Positions 19,235 through 28,101 are shown, counted from the stretch's first letter. The stretch: 28,224 bases of DNA from a bacterium (GCA_963663405.2 CAXXSM010000139.1:1-28224), one strand, 5' to 3'. Program-made: numbers and translations. The notes: generated by a model from the letters alone, not told the origin.

Positions 19235-19325
19235 TAAACTACCATGATTGAGATTACAACGTGCAGACGAAAATGAGTTGCGAGAATCGTAGTAGGGTGG
19301 ATCATGCTTTATAGATCCATCCTGC
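19235..19325 (+). repeat. Dispersed repeat followed by a GTAG-type REP-like hairpin
   Basis: 19235-19285 matches 16389-16439; GTAGGGTGGATC-N10-GATCCATCCTGC (19292-19325), 12-bp stem with two G-T pairs. Confidence 0.7.
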
Positions 19326-19477
19326 ATGCTGAGGACGGAGAAAGTAAAAGGATAACGTAAAAGTACAAATTATCAAAAAATCAAGAAACATCTATTAAAC
19401 TTATATTAAGGGATATATAATATAAGTCATCATTATCCACTCTTTCTTATTTATGACTGGATAACATAGGTAATAAG

Positions 19478-19520
19478 AATCATGAATATCCTTTAATCCT
19501 GGCCATCCAGATTCAGACAA
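19478..19520. repeat. AATCCT-type short-period repeat half ending in GATTCAGACAA
   Basis: AATCATGAATATCCTTTAATCCTGGCCATCCAGATTCAGACAA with ATCC/ATCA recurring every 9 nt; its end is 12/13 complementary to 19657-19669 inside xerC. Confidence 0.5.
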
Positions 19521-19538
19521 TTAACGAGTAGCAATTCC

Positions 19539-20516
19539 ATGACCACTCTCTCAGAATCAGCCAATCAATTCCTTCAATACTTGATCACGGAAGAATGGCG
19601 GTCTCCTCATACGATTGAAAATTACCGGCGGGATATTAAATTTCTGAAAACATACCTGTCTGAATCAGGCTATCCATCCGTTTCAGACTCTGAATCTGAG
19701 CCGGATTTTGATCTTCTCATTATCGACACTCTCTGCATACGCGGTTTTATGACCTATCTCGTTGATCGTGGAAACGTTCCACGGACCATCAACCGGCGGT
19801 TGGCGGCTTTGCGCTCGTTATTCACATTTCTTGAACGAAGGGGCTTGGTTTCGAAGAATCCCATCACCCCCATCCCCTTCATGCGGGAAGAGAAACGCCT
19901 GCCTGTGTTTCTCGACCAAGAACGGGCCGTACAACTCGTCGAACATCCAACGCAGGATGTATCTTCCCCAACAGAGAATGACACAACATCCGCATTGGCG
20001 CTCCGTGATCGGGCCATGTTGGAGGTATTATACGCGTCAGGCATGCGGATATCCTCTCTGACACGTCTGAATCTTGTCGATTTGGATCTTCGTCAGGCCA
20101 CCGTTCACATCTTGGCGAAAGGCAGGAAAGATCAGATTCTTCCCTTAACGGATGTGGCCGTCACATCATTGAAGTCGTATCTTGCCGCGCGTAAAATTCT
20201 ATTATCAAAACCGGAAACTAAACGGAATAAGAAAGCCCCCGAAGCCTTGTTTATCGGACGATTCGGTGAACGTCTCACCCCACGAGGCGCGCAGTTGCGG
20301 CTAAAAAAATTCGCGCGATCCCTTGGTCTGGGCAAAACCACGCCCCACACGCTCCGGCATTCCTGCGCCACCCACTTGCTGGAAAACGGAGCCGATCTCC
20401 GATTCGTGCAGGAACTCCTCGGTCACAGCAGCCTCTCTACCACACAGCGGTACACCCACGTCACGCTCTCACGCATCCAAGACGTCTATCAAAAAACTCA
20501 TCCCCGATCGAAATAA
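19539..20516 (+). CDS. xerC: Tyrosine recombinase XerC/XerD family
   Basis: SPHTIENYRRD, TINRRLAALRSLF, RDRAMLEVLYASGMRIS, KGRK, TPHTLRHSCATHLLENGADLRFVQELLGHSSLSTTQRYTHV (R-K-H-R-H-Y intact). Confidence 0.9.
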   Translation: MTTLSESANQFLQYLITEEWRSPHTIENYRRDIKFLKTYLSESGYPSVSDSESEPDFDLLIIDTLCIRGFMTYLVDRGNVPRTINRRLAALRSLFTFLERRGLVSKNPITPIPFMREEKRLPVFLDQERAVQLVEHPTQDVSSPTENDTTSALALRDRAMLEVLYASGMRISSLTRLNLVDLDLRQATVHILAKGRKDQILPLTDVAVTSLKSYLAARKILLSKPETKRNKKAPEALFIGRFGERLTPRGAQLRLKKFARSLGLGKTTPHTLRHSCATHLLENGADLRFVQELLGHSSLSTTQRYTHVTLSRIQDVYQKTHPRSK

Positions 20517-20647
20517 TCTTACCAAATATATTCACCTTTATTTACTGAGTTACTTACTCCTGTTCCCCCCGTTTCAAACTCAGTATAGAATAAACATTCA
20601 CACTATTAGAAAAGATACGCCGTTTCAAACGGATTCAATATAGATTC

Positions 20648-21310
20648 ATGGAAAATGTAGTGGATTCTTCTTTCACGCCGGTTCGGTCGTGGTTATCGAG
20701 CCTTGTGTTCAAACATTTGGTTGAGATTCTCGTGTTCAGCGGCCTTCTCTTGCTGCTGGCTGTCACATTTATTCCTGGATATGAGAAAGGACGGGAGAAA
20801 TCGCAGATCGCTGTTTCGTATCAAACGATTCAATCCCTTGTCAACGCGTTGCAGATCTATCAATTCGACAATCCAGAAAGCCGGATCTTTCCACCCGATT
20901 TTGAAACGCTCTATCCTGGAATCGGCCTTTGTCCCATTCAAGACACCGAGCCGGAACGCCTCGTTTTCCTGACCAAACCGGACGCTCTCTTGAAGGAGCC
21001 GCCGATTGATCCATTCATGACACAAGTAGTCGAACCGAAACGCTCTCAGGCGCCAGTCACCTTGCACTGGGTAAAACCAACACGCTTCACATCGGAATTG
21101 GCGGAAGACTACGAGCATGTAGCCTGGGGCGCCCTCAGTGTAGGCCCATCGCTGCAACTCCCCCCGCAATACGATATTACGGTCCTGCGCAAAGTCCCTT
21201 ACGAAACAAAACCCCTGCGCTCCAACCTCTTCGATCCAACCAATGGAGCCAAAAGCATGGGTCTGATCTATTACGACAGCCTGGGAAACACAACGAAAAT
21301 TAAGGAATGA
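20648..21310 (+). CDS. Pilin/pseudopilin-like (GspG-like) membrane-anchored protein with a degenerate prepilin motif
   Basis: LVEILVFSGLLLLLAVTFIP, then amphipathic helix ..ALQIYQFDN..FP, PPIDPF, LSVGP, FDPTNG. Confidence 0.6.
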   Translation: MENVVDSSFTPVRSWLSSLVFKHLVEILVFSGLLLLLAVTFIPGYEKGREKSQIAVSYQTIQSLVNALQIYQFDNPESRIFPPDFETLYPGIGLCPIQDTEPERLVFLTKPDALLKEPPIDPFMTQVVEPKRSQAPVTLHWVKPTRFTSELAEDYEHVAWGALSVGPSLQLPPQYDITVLRKVPYETKPLRSNLFDPTNGAKSMGLIYYDSLGNTTKIKE

Positions 21311-21411
21311 ACGTCAGTTCGTTTCGTTCAAGAGGCTTGCCTATCCACCGGAAGATCACGTAATATGTAATCGTTGATATTGAACAAAACAAATAGCATC
21401 AATTCATTGGA

Positions 21412-22731
21412 ATGTCAGATCACATAACTCAATCAAAACATTACAGGGACACGCTCTATCAATTTCTCTTCGACGATGAGGATGCGCGCGTATGCAAAGA
21501 TATCCCCGAACAATCGTGTTCGGATGTCCCTGCGAACTTTTTCCGGCTTGGCGCCGCGCAGACATTAACCAAACTGGCGGATGAACTCGCCAACGCCAAA
21601 ACCGTCCTCCCCTGGCTATTGGAATCGGTTGGAGCCTCTTCCTTCTGGACCGGTTTTCTGGTTCCGATCCGCGAATCGATTTCCATGCTCCCCCAGCTCG
21701 TCATTGCGAACTATGTACGCAGTTTTACTTTACGGAAAAACGCTCTGGCTTTAAGCGCCATACTTCAAAGTTTGGCGCTGCTGGCTCTCGCGGCGATTGC
21801 GTTCTTCATGCGTGGTCCTTGGACCGGACCGGCGGTGATAATCATCCTGCTGTTGTTCAGTCTGGCCCGTGGATTATGTTCGGTCGCTTCCAAAGACGTA
21901 ACCGGGAAAACAATTCCCAAAAAACGGCGGGGACGGCTCACGGGATATGCGGCGGCGGTGTCCGGCGTTCTGACATTGATCCTAGGGCTTGGGCTTGTGA
22001 CGTGGGTGGGCAAGGACGCGTCTCCCCCGCTATTCACTTTCCTCCTCGGTTTCGGAGCGGCGCTCTGGTTCCTCTCCGCAGGATTTTTTTCCCGCATCGA
22101 AGAAGCGCCGGGAGCCACGGAGGGAGGTGGCAACGCTCTAGGTGAAGCGCTCAAACGGTTGGAAATTCTGCGCGCCGACGCTCCATTCCGCCGATTCGTT
22201 CTCGTGCGCGCATTGCTCATATCCACTGGACTCGCCGGGCCATACTATATCATGCTGGCGTACCAATCCGGCGCGGGTGGAGAACTGTTCGGATTCTTCG
22301 TACTGGCCAGTGGATTCGCCTCCGCGGTCAGCAGCGCTTTTTGGGGCCGGTATGCGGACCAATCCAGCCGAACGGTGATCTTGACCGCCTCTTCCATCGC
22401 TTCCATGCTGGGAGTTATTCTTTTTATTCTCGATCATACCGGCGTGCTGCAAGCGGGCTTCGCGTGGGTGATCCCCCTCGCGTTCTTTGGGGTATCCATC
22501 GCGCACAGCGGTGTGCGTATCGGCCGGAAGACGTACATCCTCGATCTAGCGGGAGGAACAAAACGCACGGACTATGTGGCGGTCAGCAACACAGTGATCG
22601 GCGCGATCCTGTTGCTCAGCAGTTCCCTCGGCGCTCTCACCCCCTGGTTCGGCGCCTCCGGCATGTTGCTCCTCTTTTCACTCCTCAGCCTCACCGGAGT
22701 CATCCTCGGCGCCCAGCTTCCTGAGGCATAA
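21412..22731 (+). CDS. MFS transporter
   Basis: About 12 hydrophobic segments; LVPIRESISMLPQL, KDVTGKTIPKKRRGRL, WGRYADQSSR, GVRIGRKTYILDLA, YVAVSNT. Confidence 0.88.
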   Translation: MSDHITQSKHYRDTLYQFLFDDEDARVCKDIPEQSCSDVPANFFRLGAAQTLTKLADELANAKTVLPWLLESVGASSFWTGFLVPIRESISMLPQLVIANYVRSFTLRKNALALSAILQSLALLALAAIAFFMRGPWTGPAVIIILLLFSLARGLCSVASKDVTGKTIPKKRRGRLTGYAAAVSGVLTLILGLGLVTWVGKDASPPLFTFLLGFGAALWFLSAGFFSRIEEAPGATEGGGNALGEALKRLEILRADAPFRRFVLVRALLISTGLAGPYYIMLAYQSGAGGELFGFFVLASGFASAVSSAFWGRYADQSSRTVILTASSIASMLGVILFILDHTGVLQAGFAWVIPLAFFGVSIAHSGVRIGRKTYILDLAGGTKRTDYVAVSNTVIGAILLLSSSLGALTPWFGASGMLLLFSLLSLTGVILGAQLPEA

Positions 22732-22785
22732 ATGGAGCGCGGGCAATCCATGCGTTATCTATATCTTGATTCACAGAAATATATC

Positions 22786-22815
22786 TGGACAACAAGCGCT
22801 ATTTCAAGTTATACT
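22786..22815 (+). promoter_or_regulatory. Putative sigma70 promoter of the peptide-peptidase module
   Basis: TGGACA-18 nt-TATACT, upstream of SD AAGAGGAG (22841-22848). Confidence 0.5.
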
Positions 22816-22857
22816 GAGCTATCATCACCCATTAATTAAAAAGAGGAGAAATAAGTC

Positions 22858-23037
22858 ATGGCTCTGGATACTCGTGAGAAAGAGCAGTTATATAAAAAAG
22901 CTAAAGAATTTGCATCTTCTGAAAAAGGAAAAAAGAGCGCTGAAAAGGCTTTTAAGATCGCCAAAGAATTCAACGAAAAATTAGATAAATCTACAAAGAT
23001 TGATCCCAAAAAATTACATGAACCCATTACATTGTGA
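22858..23037 (+). CDS. Small basic helical protein, 59 aa (not in ORF track)
   Basis: Strong SD AAGAGGAG 9 nt before ATG; MALDTREKEQLYKKAKEFASSEKGKKSAEKAFKIAKEFNEKLDKSTKIDPKKLHEPITL; stop 3 nt before the next ATG. Confidence 0.8.
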   Translation: MALDTREKEQLYKKAKEFASSEKGKKSAEKAFKIAKEFNEKLDKSTKIDPKKLHEPITL

Positions 23038-23040
23038 TCC

Positions 23041-24603
23041 ATGGCATCTGATTATGAAGTAATCCCTTATTCGATCGATAAACTAAAGCAACTTCTATCC
23101 GAACTTGCAGAAGTTCCATTATCCGTCATTGAATCAAAATATCACAGCACATATTTCGATCATTATTTTAATGAACTTAAACCTCAAATCATAGTTGTGG
23201 AAAAAGAATATATAGACCACGATTATTTAGAAGATTATGCAGGCTACTACGCTCGTTGCTTTAAACCCTACAAGCGCACTTGTACGCGTCTCCACTTTTT
23301 TACACAGGACTTTTCAGAAGAAGATTTTAAATCACTGCTCCAAGGCTTTGAAAGCAGTGGTGTTGATGATGAAAAAAGCAAATCAATCACGATTGTTGAT
23401 TTGCATAATAGTTATCTTGGTTTTATTGTTGTTAAACCTCTTCCTCAGACTATCTTTGGCCGGACTTGTCTTCAGACATATTCCGAAGATGGAAAAGATG
23501 GGATTCGATATTTTCCTAGTTTAAGAAAATATGAGGCCAATCTGTTTGGCATCCCCCTTGATGTTGATACACTTGCTTTTCAAGAACAAGATAGGGTAGT
23601 ATCCGCCTGCGCAACCAGCGCTCTCTGGACGGTCTTTCAAGGAACAGGGAAACTTTTTCAGCATTCTATTCCATCGCCTGTTGAAATTACAAAAATGGCA
23701 GTCAAATCTCAAGATGAGTATTCCTATTTACTCTATGATAGAGAGTTTCCAAACGAAGGTTTGACAATCCCACAAATGACTCAAGCAATCAAATATCTAG
23801 GACTTGATCCATGTACAATTGCTGTTGAACATAATATCAATTATCTAAAAAATGCATTGTATGCTTATCTGCGAGGAAAAATACCTATCCTATTTACTTT
23901 TAGCCTCTATGCCCCAATCAACAATAGAAATAACTCATCAATTATACGTTCTGATCGTGTAGGCAATCATGCAGTTGCGATAACAGGTTATCAATTATCA
24001 AATACAGATCCAACACCATTTTGGGATATCAAATTACTCCTTACTGCTTCCCGTATTAATAAAATCTACGTACATGATGACCAGTTAGGCCCATTTGCAA
24101 GAATGAATTTTCATGATACAAAAGTGACTGATAACGAAACAAATGAAGAATATGACACATTGAGTACAACGTGGAAAAATACTAGATATAATAGTGATAA
24201 TATGCTAGCGGCACCTCGTTTTATGTTGATACCTGTATACCCCAAGATTCGTATTCCGTTTAAACTCATTCTTCAAATAATAATTCAATTCGATCAATTT
24301 TTTGAGAGCAGACGATCACATGCAATTATTCCACTCGATCATCGGATCTATTGGGATATTTTCCTTACAACAATCAATGATTTAAAAACTGATATCTTAT
24401 CATCTTCTTATTATCATGGCGAAGATAAACGTCAGTTTTTAACTAAAAGTATGCCTCGTTTTTTATGGAGAACTACCGCGTATTCAGAAAAAACGCCTAT
24501 CTTTGACCTTCTTTTTGACGCGACCGATATTCCCCAAGGTGATTTTTTGTCTTTTGTAATAAAATATGATGAGGGGATAGCCGTATCTTTAAAAGGTATT
24601 TAA
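23041..24603 (+). CDS. Uncharacterised protein with a central papain-like (C39-like) Cys-His-Asp domain
   Basis: Q183 in FQEQD, C190 in SACATSALW, GLTIPQM, IPILF, H310 in NHAVAITGY, D346 in IYVHDDQLGP; order matches the clan CA fold; AT-rich. Confidence 0.7.
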   Translation: MASDYEVIPYSIDKLKQLLSELAEVPLSVIESKYHSTYFDHYFNELKPQIIVVEKEYIDHDYLEDYAGYYARCFKPYKRTCTRLHFFTQDFSEEDFKSLLQGFESSGVDDEKSKSITIVDLHNSYLGFIVVKPLPQTIFGRTCLQTYSEDGKDGIRYFPSLRKYEANLFGIPLDVDTLAFQEQDRVVSACATSALWTVFQGTGKLFQHSIPSPVEITKMAVKSQDEYSYLLYDREFPNEGLTIPQMTQAIKYLGLDPCTIAVEHNINYLKNALYAYLRGKIPILFTFSLYAPINNRNNSSIIRSDRVGNHAVAITGYQLSNTDPTPFWDIKLLLTASRINKIYVHDDQLGPFARMNFHDTKVTDNETNEEYDTLSTTWKNTRYNSDNMLAAPRFMLIPVYPKIRIPFKLILQIIIQFDQFFESRRSHAIIPLDHRIYWDIFLTTINDLKTDILSSSYYHGEDKRQFLTKSMPRFLWRTTAYSEKTPIFDLLFDATDIPQGDFLSFVIKYDEGIAVSLKGI

Positions 24604-24759
24604 AGTGGTTCTGATAGTGAGTCTTTTCCTATTGGCGTTAGAAGAATTATGAAAAAGTTCGCATGAAAACATGAAATTTCCAAGCAATTAATTTGTGTTT
24701 ATCGATACTATCTTTTATTCGTTCACAAGGGGATATCGTAGAGTCTAATAACGGATACA

Positions 24760-26132
24760 TCAATTCCGCAAACTATTCACCGGCGCCGGAATATGCCCCC
24801 CATGTTCAACAAACGCTTCCGCTCCTTGGGGGCTTTGGGGCGCGCAGATTGTGCCGGCGCCGAAGAGGCCTCCGAAATCGACGTAGTCTCCTACGCTCTT
24901 CCCTGGGACGGGGATTACGCGCACGGCGGTGGTTTTTCCATTGAAGACTCCAATCGCAGCTTCATCCATGATCATACCGGCGATCGCCGCCGCTTGGATA
25001 TCGCCCGGCAGGAGGATCATATCCAAGCCGACGGAACAGACCGCCGTCATAGCTTCGAGTTTTTCGAGGCTGAGCGTTCCTTCTTTCACCGCTTCCGCTA
25101 AGGCGTGATCCTCCATCACAGGCAGAAACGCGCCGGACAGCCCACCGACAGAGGAAGACGCGAAGATCCCCCCTTTCTTTACTGCGTCGTTCAGCATCGC
25201 GACCGCCGCTGTGGAGCCGGGAGCGCCGATCTTCTCAATGCCCATCGCTTGATAGATCTCACCCACGCTGTCACCCACTTTCGGTGTCGGCGCGAGCGAT
25301 AGATCCAGCACACCGAATTCCACGCCCAGTTTCGCCGCGACTTCCCGTCCGATCAGTTCCCCCGTGCGCGTGACCCGGAAAGCGATATGCTTGATCTCTT
25401 CCGCGATTTCATCGAGAGTGGCGCTTGGATTTTGTTTGATCAGCCGTTCAACGGCGCGCTTGACAACACCCGGCCCGCTAACGCCTACATTAATCACACA
25501 CGAGGCTTCCCCCGCGCCAAGAAACGCGCCCGCCATGAAAGGATTATTCTCCGGGATATTCGCAAACACGACTAACTTTGCGCAGCCGAATCCATATTTA
25601 TCTTTGGTGGCTTCAGCGGTTTGAAGGATAATCTCACTCACCGACCGGATCGCGTCCACATTCATCCCGGCTTTCGTTGTCCCCACGTTGATCGAAGAAC
25701 AAAGGCGCTGCGTTTTGCTTAACACATCCGGCAGCGATTGAATCAAAGTGGCTTCACCGTCCGTCATGCCTTTCTGAACCAATGCGGTGTACCCGCCTAT
25801 TAAATCGACATTCACATCCGCGGCGGCGCGGTCCAACGCGTTCGCGATATGCAACGCGTCTTCAAGCCCCCGGCCTTCAAGAAGGCGGCTCGCGGGAGAA
25901 ATCGCAAGCCGTTTGTTAATGATCGGTAAGCCATACTTAGTCGTCAGCCCATCGCACACGGACACAAGATCGCGCGCATACGATTGGATTCTTTTATACA
26001 CTTGAACGGATGTCTCCGCGATGCTCTGCCGTTCGCAGCCGTCCAAGTTAATCCCATCGTGACCGTCCGCACATCAAGGTTTTCCTCTTCCAGCATCCGG
26101 ACGGTATTGAGAATATCGTCTACTCTTCGCAT
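24760..26132 (-). CDS. DUF711 / UPF0210 (PFL-like) family protein (1-nt frameshift near 26053)
   Basis: ENLDVRTVTMG, PIINKRLAISP, FGCAKLVVFANIPENNPFMAGAF, INVGVSGPGVV, DLSLAPTP, LEAMTAVCSVGLDM, IPAPVNSLRN. Confidence 0.92.
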
Positions 26133-26715
26133 GTTTCCGCCTTAATCAACTGTTGAATTGAAAAAATGTCATTCGCCGCCCGGAACAGGTTCTCATGTTG
26201 CAATGTAGCGACAAGTCGCATCGAAGCGACTAGCGTCTGTAGTTCACCCTGAATCTGCTTAATATCGAGTTCATCTGGTATTGTGATCTCGCCAATATGG
26301 GTGACGTACTCGCCTTGGATAGTGAAATAGTAGTCTTCGATATTGATGCGGCTCTCCGCCAGATAGGCCGTTACCGTTTTCAGAATCCCCGGCCGGTCTT
26401 TTCAGTGAGTGTAAAGATATACCGGCCACTCGATTTCCGTGAAACCTGCGCAGTGGGCTCTTTCCAAGGCTGCGTCACAACGGACGCGGTTCCCGGTTCG
26501 AAGCGGTTGTGGATCGCTTCACGGATCTCGTCCTGGCTGTAGTTTTTCTGAAAACTCGCAGTAAGGATTACGGTAAAATAACCATGAATAACGGTCTGGC
26601 TCATTCCGTCGATGTTCCCGCCCATATCGGCTACCGCCGCCGTAATCTCTTGAAGGATCCCCACACGGTCCGGCGCGAGCAGTGAAATCACGAAACGGAA
26701 AGATTCCTCGTTCAC
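26120..26715 (-). CDS. Double ACT-domain (GcvR-like) protein (1-nt frameshift near 26403)
   Basis: APDRVGIL...GGNIDGMSQTV; after one added base (G)KDRPGILKTVTAYLAESRINIED...LQHENLFRAAN; overlaps the DUF711 start, the usual ACT-DUF711 pairing. Confidence 0.85.
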
Positions 26716-26829
26716 ATTCTTTCTCCTCTTGGTTGCACTGGTATAAAGACAGCCGCAAGATAAAATACGCGGAAAAATCGCAGAGTAACAATGCGGGGGA
26801 AGATAGGCTCGGCTTAACGCCGTTTCCTC

Positions 26830-27525
26830 CTATTGCCCCTCACCCGGTAGAATTTCGCGAATATAGATATTCTTGAAATACAACGTGTTTCCATGATTCT
26901 GCAATTCAATTTGACCGGTGGGGTAAATCGGAATATCCCGTTCCCAATAATTTTCCATGACTACACGATCCACAACCCGCTGTCCATTCAGATCGACGGT
27001 CACTTCTTCTCCAATCATAATGATGTGAAACGTATTCCATTCACCGATGGGATTATCCGCTTTCCGCAACGGTTTGGATGGATTCTTTTTGTTATTATAG
27101 AGTCCCCCCGATCCAATTCCGTTATTAGCCGGATCCCAGATCTGAACTTGCGGAGTACCACGCAGGTAGATACCGCTGTCTCCTTTTTCCTTGATCTTCC
27201 AATCCACATACAATTCAAAATCCCCATAATCTTTCGCCGTACAAAGACTGTCTCCTTTGCCATCAAAAACGATAACGCCATCGACCACTTTCCAGTGCGC
27301 GCGCATACGTTCATCGGCCTTTTCCTGGGCTTTGGCGAGTTCCTCAGACGTCATTTTCGCGCGTTCTTTCGGATTGGCCACAAGCCCCTTCCAATTCGTC
27401 AGGTCTTTTCCATTGAATAATGCGGTAAAGCCTTCGGGTGGCGTGTTGTCACGCCTTTGTCCATGACTGCAATTCAACACCAACAACGGAGTAAGCAGTA
27501 AAGATACAATTATCCATTTTTTCAT
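26830..27525 (-). CDS. DUF1080 (3-keto-disaccharide hydrolase-like) protein, probable lipoprotein
   Basis: GFTALFNGKDLTNW, YGDFELYVDWK, DSGIYLRG, SGGLYNN, GEWNTFHI, GQIELQNHG, FKNIYIRE; signal peptide ending LVLN-C. Confidence 0.9.
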   Translation of the reverse strand: MKKWIIVSLLLTPLLVLNCSHGQRRDNTPPEGFTALFNGKDLTNWKGLVANPKERAKMTSEELAKAQEKADERMRAHWKVVDGVIVFDGKGDSLCTAKDYGDFELYVDWKIKEKGDSGIYLRGTPQVQIWDPANNGIGSGGLYNNKKNPSKPLRKADNPIGEWNTFHIIMIGEEVTVDLNGQRVVDRVVMENYWERDIPIYPTGQIELQNHGNTLYFKNIYIREILPGEGQ

Positions 27526-27637
27526 AATAGATTCCTCCTATTTCTATAATGAAATTCATTCTATAACGATTGAAAGGGATTGGCTATCCACATCGTTACA
27601 CTTAATTTAGAGAGGGGGTGGCTTAGGCTAAACATGT

Positions 27638-28101
27638 TTATTTTTTATATTCAACAATCAGAACGTGGGCATCAGAATCAATCTCTGCGAACGTGTCAAT
27701 CATGATTTGTTTCGCTTGGCTTTGCTTAAAAGAACCGGAACCAGAGCCGATAATAGGAAAAGCCACCGAAGAGAAATGACGCTCATTTACGATCTTCATC
27801 GCATTTGAACGGAATCACGAATCGACCGCTCCGACGCGCGCCACAACATATTGATTCCCGCCACATGGATAATGCCCTTAAACGGCAGATTTCCAGCCCC
27901 CGTCAACACGGCGCCCCCCAATGGAATCGGCCCATGCTTAGAGAGTTCCCGAAAAGGTTGAGTCCCTCCCGCCTTCTTTATTGCGCCCGAAACTCCCTGC
28001 GGAAGCAGAAGACGCCAGGGAATGATATTCCGGTTCCACGCGTTGACGATTGCCTCAACATCTTGATTGAGTATATTACCGAGTACACATTCAGGCCGCA
28101 T
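27638..28101 (-). CDS. Macro-domain (Appr-1-p processing) protein (1-nt frameshift near 27804-27806)
   Basis: GNILNQDVEAIVNAWN, GVSGAIKKAGG, GGAVLTGAGNL, IIHVAG; continues in shifted frame NAMKIVNERHFSSVAFPIIGSGSGSF...VEYKK*. Confidence 0.88.

Noticed and set aside
19432-19464. DnaA-box-like TTATCCACT and its inverted partner (oriC?)
   Set aside because: Only two imperfect boxes and no dnaA/dnaN context.
16389-20516. Integron (integrase + attC cassettes including a TA pair)
   Set aside because: The recombinase has XerC/D motifs and lacks the IntI-specific insertion; the repeats lack clear RYYYAAC...GTTRRRY attC ends.
22766-23042. ORFs 22766..22984 (+) and 22836..23042 (-)
   Set aside because: They overlap the better supported 22858..23037 ORF, which has a strong SD and abuts the next gene.
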